In this document: positions 56,925-64,000 of the stretch, piece after piece
Layout: the number at the start of each line of letters is the position of its first letter
Position numbering within the stretch: position 1 is the stretch's first letter
Source: Minisyncoccia bacterium
GTDB taxonomy: Bacteria; Patescibacteriota; Minisyncoccia; Phycocordibacterales; UBA918
NCBI GenBank assembly: GCA_041738755.1
Contig: JBGSPE010000003.1
Location: 62,602-126,601 of the forward strand
Reading direction: 5' to 3'
DNA length: 64,000 nucleotides
Made by a program: the position numbers and the translations under genes
Notes under the pieces: generated by a model
The model's input: the letters and a program-made list of their open reading frames with translations, nothing else
Told to the model about the DNA's origin: nothing
Databases searched by the model: none

Positions 56925-57902
56925 CTACGTATTGTACGTTTCTCGCAGGTGTGAGACAAGCGCATCTTGGAGGATTTTGCACGATTCAGGGTCATCTTGA
57001 CTGATTACAAACACACGATTCTCAGTTTTGGCAAGGGTAGCGATTGCAGTATCAATAAAGTCTTGTTCTACAAGGTCTTTTTTGGTCAAAATAATCCACT
57101 CTTCCCTTTCGAGTAGTGATTTATCATATGAAGATAGCTCTTCTCGAATGGTGTAATGCGTATCTACCGGTGATTCGTTCTCAAGTGATACGAGGTGAAG
57201 GAGCATCTTGGTGCGAGAGACGTGCCGTAAGAACCGGTGTCCAAGGCCCTTTCCTTCGGCCGCACCAGCAATGAGCCCTGGTACATCAGCCAAAATAAAT
57301 CCATACAAGTCACCGAGGTGTGGTTCGAGTGTGGTGAATGGATAAGCGCCAATCTTAGAAGTGGCGTTCGTGAAAATATTTAAAAGTGTCGACTTACCAG
57401 CATTAGGGAGGCCAATCAAACCGACGTCGACCATGAGCGCCACCTCAATCAAGAAGTCGCCATCTTCACCTTTGATACCGGGAGTACTTTCTTTGGGAGA
57501 TTGGTTGGTTGATGACTTGAAGTATTCGTTCCCGAGGCCACCATTTCCCCCTTTGAGGATTCGTTCGGTTTGACCTTCTTTCGTTAATTCAAAACTCCGG
57601 TTGCGACCAAGATCAGTCACCCGTGAACCAACGGGGATATCAATGTAAAGATCCTCACCGTTCTTGCCGTGCTTGCTATCGCTCATTCCAGCTTCACCGT
57701 GTACGGCCGTAAAAACCTTATTGCCTGTATATTTGGCTAGGTAGTTTACATCACGAATAGCCCGTACATAGACGGCTCCCCCGTTACCTCCATTGCCTCC
57801 TGAAGGCCCAGCTAAAGGGCGAAACTTCTCGTGTCGCCACCGTACCACGCCAGCTCCGCCGTTCCCGGCTTTGGCATATATCGTTAATTCATCGACAAAC
57901 AT
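56925..57902 (-). CDS. obg: GTPase Obg (N-terminal Gly-rich Obg fold plus G domain; no C-terminal TGS extension)
   Basis: 'MFVDELTIYAKAGNGGAGVVRWRHEKF...', G1 'GLPNAGKST', G3 'ADVPG', G4 'TKKD'. Confidence 0.9.
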   Translation of the reverse strand: MFVDELTIYAKAGNGGAGVVRWRHEKFRPLAGPSGGNGGNGGAVYVRAIRDVNYLAKYTGNKVFTAVHGEAGMSDSKHGKNGEDLYIDIPVGSRVTDLGRNRSFELTKEGQTERILKGGNGGLGNEYFKSSTNQSPKESTPGIKGEDGDFLIEVALMVDVGLIGLPNAGKSTLLNIFTNATSKIGAYPFTTLEPHLGDLYGFILADVPGLIAGAAEGKGLGHRFLRHVSRTKMLLHLVSLENESPVDTHYTIREELSSYDKSLLEREEWIILTKKDLVEQDFIDTAIATLAKTENRVFVISQDDPESCKILQDALVSHLRETYNT

Positions 57903-57959
57903 CCTGGCACAGTACCGTACTTGCCCATATTATGCAATAAAAATAACGTTCGATAAGAA

Positions 57960-58298
57960 CTATGACGAGATAAACTTGCTACCGATAGTACTCACGATAC
58001 TCATCAATAGTGAACCAAGTAAGGCATACCAGAAGCCATCTACCGCAAAGCCATCAATGAATGACGCAGCAAACATAAAGAGGAGTGCGTTAATCACAAA
58101 AGAAAATAAACCAAGAGTGACGATAGTGATGGGGAGCGTAAGGATGAATAGAATTGGTCGGACAATGGCATTAAGAATACCGAGAATAAGCGCAGCGATA
58201 ATCGCCGGGTATAAGCCAGTGACGGTGATACCAGGGACAAATTCGGCAATCAATAATAATCCCAGGGCACTAAAGAGGATTCGTAGTATAAGTTGCAT
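57960..58298 (-). CDS. Small 4-TM membrane protein, YvlD/phage-holin-4-like family
   Basis: 112 aa, 'LLLIAEFVPGITVTGLYPAIIAALILGILNAIVRPILFILTLPI...' pattern typical of the YvlD/Phage_holin_4_2 family. Confidence 0.5.
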   Translation of the reverse strand: MQLILRILFSALGLLLIAEFVPGITVTGLYPAIIAALILGILNAIVRPILFILTLPITIVTLGLFSFVINALLFMFAASFIDGFAVDGFWYALLGSLLMSIVSTIGSKFISS

Positions 58299-58335
58299 AT
58301 CAGCTATTGTAGCTGACTTATGTATTCACGCAAAC

Positions 58336-58362
58336 AAAAATAACCCCGAAGGGTTATGTTTG
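58336..58362 (-). terminator. Terminator downstream of secA
   Basis: Minus strand: AUAACCC-UUCG-GGGUUAU followed by UUUUGUUUG. Confidence 0.5.
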
Positions 58363-58372
58363 TTGATTTCGA

Positions 58373-60895
58373 CTATTTGGTCACGATGGTCCAACCTGAC
58401 TCTAGGAGTTCTTCAGCCTTTTTGTACTTGAGCTCTCTGGTCTCTTCACCATTGGTGACCATGACGATGTCATTTCGGTTGAAGGTCTCAACTTTCACAA
58501 TTGGTGTACTTTTCTTGCTCTTGCTCTCGGCAGTTGCTCCGGCAGCAGCTTGTGCTGCGATAGCTTCTTCTTTTCGTGCAGCTTCTTCTTTGACAACCAC
58601 TTGTGGTTGGAGGTTCGGGAGGATTTCTGACATTCGGTACAGGGTCGCTGCTTCCATTTCTTTGAAGAGTCTGGTTCCTTCTTTTCGGTATTCAATGAGT
58701 GGGTCTCGTTGACCATAGGCACGCAAGCCCACGCTTGAGCGGGTGTAGCTCATCACCTCAAGGTGCTCTACCCAGAGCATATCAATCATCTGTAGCGCCA
58801 AACGACGGAAGAGATCGAGGAAGACGGTCTCACCGAACTCACTTTTCTTTTGCTCAATGAGCGGTGACACCTGGGCGTAACTCGCTTCAAGTTCTCCGAG
58901 GACTTTGGCGACTTCGCTCTCATCACCCGTCAGGAGCTTTCGCCGTCTGGCATAGATAGTCTGGCGATGTTGGTTTAAGACATCATCGTACGCGAGGATT
59001 TGCTTTCGCGAATCAAAGTGGAAGCCTTCAATTTTGGTCTGAGCACTTTCGAGAGTTCGGGAAATCAGCTTCATTTCAATTGGTTGATCGGCTGGGATAC
59101 CAAAGGTACCCATGAGACTCTGGACGCGCGCGCCACCAAAGACTCGCATCAGTGAGTCGTCCATTGAAACAAAGAACTGCGTTTCTCCTGGGTCACCTTG
59201 TCGTCCAGCTCGTCCGCGCAACTGATTATCGATACGCCTGGCTTCGTGTCGTTCGGTACCAAGGACAAAGAGTCCACCCAAGGCTTTCACAGCATCAGAT
59301 TCTTCCGTGCTGGCTTCCGGTCCACCGAGCTTGATGTCGACTCCTCGACCAGCCATGTTGGTAGCGAGTGTTACCGCACCAACCTTTCCGGCTGCGGCAA
59401 TAATTTCTCCTTCTTGCTCATGATTCTTGGCGTTCAACATCTGGTGTGGGATTGAAGCTTTAGAAAGCGCTACCGCTAGTCGTTCGTTTGATTCAATCGA
59501 AGCTGTACCAATCAAGAGTGGTTGTCCCTTCTGGTGAATTTCTTTTACCTTATTAATGATAGCGGTAAACTTTCCTTCTTCATTTTGATAGATAAGGTCG
59601 TTATGGTCGCGGCGCGCAATGGTTCGGTTCGTTGGTACAGGAATCACCTCAAGGTTGTACACGGTGAAAAACTCTTCTTGTGAGGTAAGGGCGGTACCCG
59701 TCATACCAGAAAGCTTGTCGTAGAGTCGGAAATAGTTTTGGTAGGTAATTGATGCAAAGGTCTTTGACTCCTTTTGAATCTGAACACCCTCCTTGGCTTC
59801 CACGGCTTGATGGAGTCCATCAGACCAACGACGTCCTGGTTGGAGTCGGCCGGTGAATTCATCCACAATCACCACCTCACCGTCGCGTACAACGTACTCT
59901 TTATTATTGGTGAAAATTGCTCGGGCTCGCACAGCGGTCTCTAAGTGGTGTACGTAGCGAATTCCTTTTTCGGTATAAATATTTTCAATACCAAGGTGCT
60001 TTTCAGCTGCTTCGATACCAGCATCAGTCAGTGTAGCGCTCTTAAGCTTCTCATCGATGATGTAGTGCTCCTCAGGCGTTAATTTGGCTGCAATCGTAGC
60101 AAACAGTGGGTAGAGGTTTTCGGTGTCAGCAGCGGGCGCTGAGATGATAAGCGGGGTTCTCGCTTCATCGATAAGAATGGAGTCAATTTCGTCGATAATC
60201 GCGTACGCGTGATGTGGTTGTCGTAACTTATCCGCTTCGTATTCGATATTGTCACGCAAATAATCAAACCCAAACTCACTGTTAGTACCGTAGGTAATAT
60301 CAGCTCGATAGGCTTCGTGTCGTGAACACGGTCGCAAGAAATCATAGACGACTTTGTATGAACCTTTTTCGTCTCGTTCTTCATCAACCTCTTGGTGACC
60401 AGCGTCATAGAGATATGAGGCATTGTGATTGATAACACCAACCGTCAAACCAAGACCAGCATAAATCTGACCCATCCAAACAGCATCTCGTCGAGCCAGG
60501 TAGTCGTTTACCGTAATAACATGCACTCCTTTCCCGGTGAGGGCATTTAGAGTAGCTGGTAGCGTTCCTACCAACGTCTTCCCTTCACCAGTACGCATCT
60601 CGGTAATCTTTCCTCGATGGAGAATAATCCCACCAATCATCTGCACATCGTAGTGTCGCATGGCCATGGTGCGCTTGGCTGACTCACGCACGAGCGCAAA
60701 GACTTCTGGCAAAACACTCTCCAAAGTCGCGCCAGCAGCCACCTTATCTCGATTGGCCTGAAGCTGGGTTTTGAGACCTCCATCACTTAAGGCAGCTATT
60801 TCTGCCTCTTTTTCATTAATAGCCTTAATAATAGGCTTAATTTCTGCTAATTCCTTTTCGTAGGTCGGACCGAAAAATTTATCTAAGAATGACAT
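58373..60895 (-). CDS. secA: Preprotein translocase ATPase SecA
   Basis: Start at ATG 60895 'MSFLDKFFGPTYEKELAEIK...' (canonical SecA N-terminus). DEAD motor motifs 'MRTGEGKTLV' and 'DEID'. No Zn-finger C-terminal tail. Confidence 0.9.
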   Translation of the reverse strand: MSFLDKFFGPTYEKELAEIKPIIKAINEKEAEIAALSDGGLKTQLQANRDKVAAGATLESVLPEVFALVRESAKRTMAMRHYDVQMIGGIILHRGKITEMRTGEGKTLVGTLPATLNALTGKGVHVITVNDYLARRDAVWMGQIYAGLGLTVGVINHNASYLYDAGHQEVDEERDEKGSYKVVYDFLRPCSRHEAYRADITYGTNSEFGFDYLRDNIEYEADKLRQPHHAYAIIDEIDSILIDEARTPLIISAPAADTENLYPLFATIAAKLTPEEHYIIDEKLKSATLTDAGIEAAEKHLGIENIYTEKGIRYVHHLETAVRARAIFTNNKEYVVRDGEVVIVDEFTGRLQPGRRWSDGLHQAVEAKEGVQIQKESKTFASITYQNYFRLYDKLSGMTGTALTSQEEFFTVYNLEVIPVPTNRTIARRDHNDLIYQNEEGKFTAIINKVKEIHQKGQPLLIGTASIESNERLAVALSKASIPHQMLNAKNHEQEGEIIAAAGKVGAVTLATNMAGRGVDIKLGGPEASTEESDAVKALGGLFVLGTERHEARRIDNQLRGRAGRQGDPGETQFFVSMDDSLMRVFGGARVQSLMGTFGIPADQPIEMKLISRTLESAQTKIEGFHFDSRKQILAYDDVLNQHRQTIYARRRKLLTGDESEVAKVLGELEASYAQVSPLIEQKKSEFGETVFLDLFRRLALQMIDMLWVEHLEVMSYTRSSVGLRAYGQRDPLIEYRKEGTRLFKEMEAATLYRMSEILPNLQPQVVVKEEAARKEEAIAAQAAAGATAESKSKKSTPIVKVETFNRNDIVMVTNGEETRELKYKKAEELLESGWTIVTK

Positions 60896-60971
60896 AGTGG
60901 AGCTAGTATATATGTTTGTGGGGCCAATTACAAAGAAAACAGCGCTTTTTACACCGCTTACCACCATACCT

Positions 60972-61019
60972 AGCCAGACTCCTTTATGTATCAGGCATGA
61001 TACATAAAGGAGTCTGGCT
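60972..61019. repeat. Perfect 22-bp-arm inverted repeat (4-nt loop GGCA) upstream of secA; its inner 11-nt arms are identical to the palindrome at 798-823
   Basis: agccagactcctttatgtatca-ggca-tgatacataaaggagtctggct. No flanking U-run on either strand. Confidence 0.5.
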
Positions 61020-61235
61020 TCGTACTACATAAACTCTGAAGTTGTCCCCTGCGTAGAATTTGAGGCGACAAGATTTTAATTTAGGAAGTGTACTCAGATG
61101 TACAGTGACTAGATTAAAATCGCAGTCAACAATGAATTCTACCGGGAGCCAGCTTCAGAGACGCGAAATCGCCCCGAAGGGCGATTTACGCAATAAACTT
61201 GACACGCAGGTGGCGAACCTCCCCCGCATCATGGA

Positions 61236-61421
61236 TTATTTTTTTGAGGTCTTCTTCTTTGCAGCCTTCTTTGCTACCTTCTTGACGGTCTTCTTAGCAG
61301 GAGCTTTTTTAGCTACCTTCTTGACTACCTTCTTAGGTGCCTTCTTTGCTACTTTCTTCACAGTCTTCTTGACTGCCTTCTTTGCAACTTTCTTTGCTGG
61401 CTTCTTTTTTGCTGCTGGCAT
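61236..61421 (-). CDS. Small Lys/Ala-rich histone-H1-like basic protein (AKK(A/V) repeats)
   Basis: 'MPAAKKKPAKKVAKKAVKKTVKKVAKKAPKK...'; the DNA is a degenerate ~12-bp tandem repeat. ATG at 61421 preferred over the upstream TTG at 61466. Confidence 0.55.
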   Translation of the reverse strand: MPAAKKKPAKKVAKKAVKKTVKKVAKKAPKKVVKKVAKKAPAKKTVKKVAKKAAKKKTSKK

Positions 61422-61572
61422 GTTTGTTGTGTGGTGAGAAAAGTTATGAATAAGATTCGACCGCAATTTCTTCTCTTTTCAAAGAACTCATTTGAGAAGA
61501 CTTTTGCATTACTATAATTATCACTCTAAAAAAAATTAAAACAATTTTTTATTTTTGTTTTGTGGGGATAAA

Positions 61573-62586
61573 CTAAATTTGTAAAACTTCCCTTTCAATT
61601 TTTATTTTTGTTTTTAAAAAAACTTTTTCGGAAATATTTTTTACAAATGAATTTATTTCCGCTGCGGTTGCGCCACCATGGTTCACCAAGACGAGAGCTT
61701 GTGCTTCATACAGTCCGACATTTCCTTCAGTGTACCCGCGAAGTTTGCAGAGCTTATCAAGTATCCAACCGAGTGATACCTTCATCTTATCGCTTCCTTC
61801 AGGGTAACCTGGTAGTTCAGAATAGTGTTGTTTTAATTCGTTATATTGTTCTATTGGAATGACTGGATTCTTAAAGAATGAACCAGCGGTACCAACCACG
61901 TGCCAGTTGGGAAACTTCGCGGAACGAATCGCGACCACACTCGCACGTACCTGTGCTGGAGTGAGGGTCGGTTCATCAAGGAGTGATTTTAAATCTGCGT
62001 AGGTAAGCTTCGGTGCGTAATTTTTTTTGAGTACAAACGTCACTGACAAAATAATCCACTCACTTCCCTCTACAGTTTTAAAAAACGATTGACGATACAA
62101 AAACGCACATTCTTGATTTGAAAATGTTTTTTTTGTAAATGTTTTTTTATTAAACGCAACAACGTGTGAAATTATGTGTGACACTTCAACTCCGTACGCC
62201 CCAACATTTTGTACTGGTGTCGCTCCGACACTTCCGGGAATCGCACTCAAGTTCTCCAAACCCCACAGTTCTCTCTCAGTTGTATCGGCCACCAACGCAT
62301 CAAACACAACCCCAGCGCCAGCCGTAACCTCCACTATGTCACCGACTTCGTGATACGTGATTCCACCTATTTTCATGAGCGCCACGATGCCGCGAAAGCC
62401 CTCATCAGACACCAGTACATTTGACCCACCACCAAGTACCAAGAGTGGTGTCTCCTGTACGCTTGCATACTGCGCTACGAGTTCTAGCTCTTCTTCTGTT
62501 GTTACCTCCACTACATAATCAGCAACACCACCTACTTGTAAGGTGGTGTACTGACTTAAGCGTATGTTTTCTTTAAGTGGTGGCAT
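61573..62586 (-). CDS. murB: UDP-N-acetylenolpyruvoylglucosamine reductase
   Basis: FAD-binding N-terminus 'LSQYTTLQVGGVADYVVEVTTEEELELVAQYA...LLVLGGGSNVLV' and MurB C-terminal domain; contains an internal KKTFTKKTFS insertion. Confidence 0.85.
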   Translation of the reverse strand: MPPLKENIRLSQYTTLQVGGVADYVVEVTTEEELELVAQYASVQETPLLVLGGGSNVLVSDEGFRGIVALMKIGGITYHEVGDIVEVTAGAGVVFDALVADTTERELWGLENLSAIPGSVGATPVQNVGAYGVEVSHIISHVVAFNKKTFTKKTFSNQECAFLYRQSFFKTVEGSEWIILSVTFVLKKNYAPKLTYADLKSLLDEPTLTPAQVRASVVAIRSAKFPNWHVVGTAGSFFKNPVIPIEQYNELKQHYSELPGYPEGSDKMKVSLGWILDKLCKLRGYTEGNVGLYEAQALVLVNHGGATAAEINSFVKNISEKVFLKTKIKIEREVLQI

Positions 62587-64000
62587 TATTGGCAGCCCTC
62601 TTGCGGCGCACGGCCGGCTTCGATATTACCAGCGATACAGGTGGCACTACGAGCAAAACTTGGCACCGCAGTTTGACCATCGCGGAGTGTTTGGAGAGCT
62701 TTTTCGTTGTCTCCCTTTTCGTAGTACAAGAAAGCGAGTGTAGCCCAATTCTGAGCATTCTCTGGAGCTACTTCAACGCGGTACTGGAAGAGATCAAGGA
62801 GGAAATCAGTTTGATTTGCTTGATTAGCAGCGCCAAGGAGGAAGTCACTCATGGCAAAGCGCACGCGGGCATCTTCCCCATTATTGAGCGCAATTGCTTC
62901 TTCTGGTCGATTCACATAGAAGAGCGCTCCAGCGTAGTACTCTCTCGCCTCAAGGTTTCGCTCATCAAGTCGGAAGGCTTCTTCCATAAAGTTCACCGCT
63001 GCTTCGTTATCATTTTGACTCAAAGCCACAAAGCCTTGTTGGATGATAATTGACTGTTTATTTGGTGAAAGTGAACGAGCCAGTGCCATTTGTTCAGCCG
63101 CTTTATCGAGCTGATTGATTGAACGGTAATAGGTACCGGCAAAGACATGTACCCTGGCATCACCCGGCTTCTCAGCCATCAAACGATTGAGCTGTGCCTC
63201 AGTCGCTTCAAGGTACGCAGCACGAGTCTCCTCATCGACTTCAGGATTACGAGCGAGACCAATGGTTTGCTGCGCGAGCTGTTCGGTGATTTCTTGATGG
63301 GCAAATGAATTACGGTCGATAGCGGTCAAGAAATGCTCAAGACGAATATCCGGATTTTGTTCCTGAAAACCGTTCAAAATATCTCCGGCAGCTCGCATCC
63401 CTGGTACGTGGGCGAAGTAGATAATCGCCAAGGTTCCCAAGATAACAATCGGCGCCACAAACTGCGTGATAATAACTTCGTCTACCTTTGCCTTCTCCAC
63501 CTTCGCTATCGGCGTGCTCACGCGTGAGTGAATCAGACCAAGAATAATCGCAAAGAAGATATAGCTCACAATGTTATCAAACACCACAAAGTTGTGGGTG
63601 AAGTATCCAGCCAAAAGACCGAGCAAAACCCCTCGCTCAAGTACGGTGAAGGTCTCATCCTTTTTATTCAGAATTGGTCGCAAGAATAAGTAGTACGCAC
63701 AGGCAAGGAAGATACCCAAGTACGCGATAAGTCCCAAGAACCCACCAGCAATCAACCAATCGAAGAAGATATTGTGTGACCGATCAAACCACTGTTCTTG
63801 CGCGTATAGTCGAGGGTCAAAGTTTTCATTAAAAACATAGTTGAAGTTACTCTGACCATACCCAAGGACCGGTCGTTCTTTCACCCCGTCCCAGGCCATA
63901 CCCCAGATGATGCCTCGAATACTCAAGTCATCAATAGAAATATTAGCGATACGGGCGAGGTTTGGATTACTCTGAATAACCGCTGAATCACGAGCAACCA
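62586..64000 (-). CDS. O-antigen-ligase-like (Wzy_C) membrane protein with a C-terminal TPR region; the 5' part probably continues beyond the window
   Basis: '...LGYGQSNFNYVF...HNIFFDWLIAGGFLGLIAYLGIFL' (end of a Wzy_C-type domain) followed by TPR-like helical repeats. The frame is open to the window edge. Confidence 0.5.
   Translation of the reverse strand, partial: VARDSAVIQSNPNLARIANISIDDLSIRGIIWGMAWDGVKERPVLGYGQSNFNYVFNENFDPRLYAQEQWFDRSHNIFFDWLIAGGFLGLIAYLGIFLACAYYLFLRPILNKKDETFTVLERGVLLGLLAGYFTHNFVVFDNIVSYIFFAIILGLIHSRVSTPIAKVEKAKVDEVIITQFVAPIVILGTLAIIYFAHVPGMRAAGDILNGFQEQNPDIRLEHFLTAIDRNSFAHQEITEQLAQQTIGLARNPEVDEETRAAYLEATEAQLNRLMAEKPGDARVHVFAGTYYRSINQLDKAAEQMALARSLSPNKQSIIIQQGFVALSQNDNEAAVNFMEEAFRLDERNLEAREYYAGALFYVNRPEEAIALNNGEDARVRFAMSDFLLGAANQANQTDFLLDLFQYRVEVAPENAQNWATLAFLYYEKGDNEKALQTLRDGQTAVPSFARSATCIAGNIEAGRAPQEGCQ

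Noticed and set aside
61155-61182. GC hairpin aaatcgccc-cgaa-gggcgattt as a terminator for the histone-like gene
   Set aside because: Stable stem but no adjacent U-tract on either strand; kept only as a note.
61060-61437. Plus-strand 125-aa ORF with an FFAAFFATFL repeat
   Set aside because: It is the antisense translation of the Lys/Ala-repeat histone-like gene's tandem DNA repeat.
1-64000. Alternative genetic code (UGA recoding, as in some CPR lineages)
   Set aside because: Conserved genes (thrS, gyrB, secA, gap and others) are full-length and end at expected positions under the standard code; TGA is used as a stop, for example for the GIY-YIG ORF.

Overview
This 64-kb window reads as a bacterial chromosome segment with moderate GC, the standard genetic code, and no CRISPR, rRNA or obvious integrase/transposase. 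The lineage is inferred, not shown: short-form aaRSs, a sortase, homing-endonuclease-like ORFs and giant surface proteins point to a Gram-positive-type, possibly CPR/Patescibacteria-like, organism. All calls were made by eye from the sequence and the ORF track.

Housekeeping genes:
- dnaE 3' end, thrS, gyrB, pheS/pheT, rpsB-tsf, prfA, rpmE, gatB, obg, secA, murB.
- A pentose-phosphate/glycolysis cluster: gap-rpiB-rpe, split transketolase, and a PfkB kinase.
- tRNA-Thr(UGU).

Accessory content:
- Surface island 1 (2.9-15 kb): an Fn3/CARDB giant protein, membrane-anchored paralogs, a DUF11/Ig-repeat protein with an internal LPXTG-like VPYTG signal, a sortase, and a CARDB protein.
- A GT2 (QxxRW) synthase with a PEGA-domain partner.
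- Freestanding GIY-YIG and HNH nuclease ORFs; the HNH ORF lies beside the tRNA-Thr gene and a duplicated tRNA 5' fragment.
- Surface module 2 (34.3-55.4 kb), about 21 kb and 8 genes, all on the minus strand and tightly packed:
  - two paralogous membrane-tethered HTH (excisionase-like) proteins;
  - two giant secreted proteins of 2643 and 2383 aa, one with fibre-like repeats and one with Asp-box-like propeller repeats;
  - a paralogous pair of small secreted proteins flanking a C-terminally anchored protein (WxL/DUF916-like arrangement);
  - an Fn3 anchored protein.

Non-coding signals:
- A T-box riboswitch leader upstream of thrS whose UGGA bulge matches the U73 discriminator of the tRNA-Thr encoded in the same window.
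- A shared 11+11 palindromic motif (TTTATGTATCA-N4-TGATACATAAA) found once in the thrS leader and once upstream of secA.
- Several clean rho-independent terminators and two near-consensus sigma70-type promoters.
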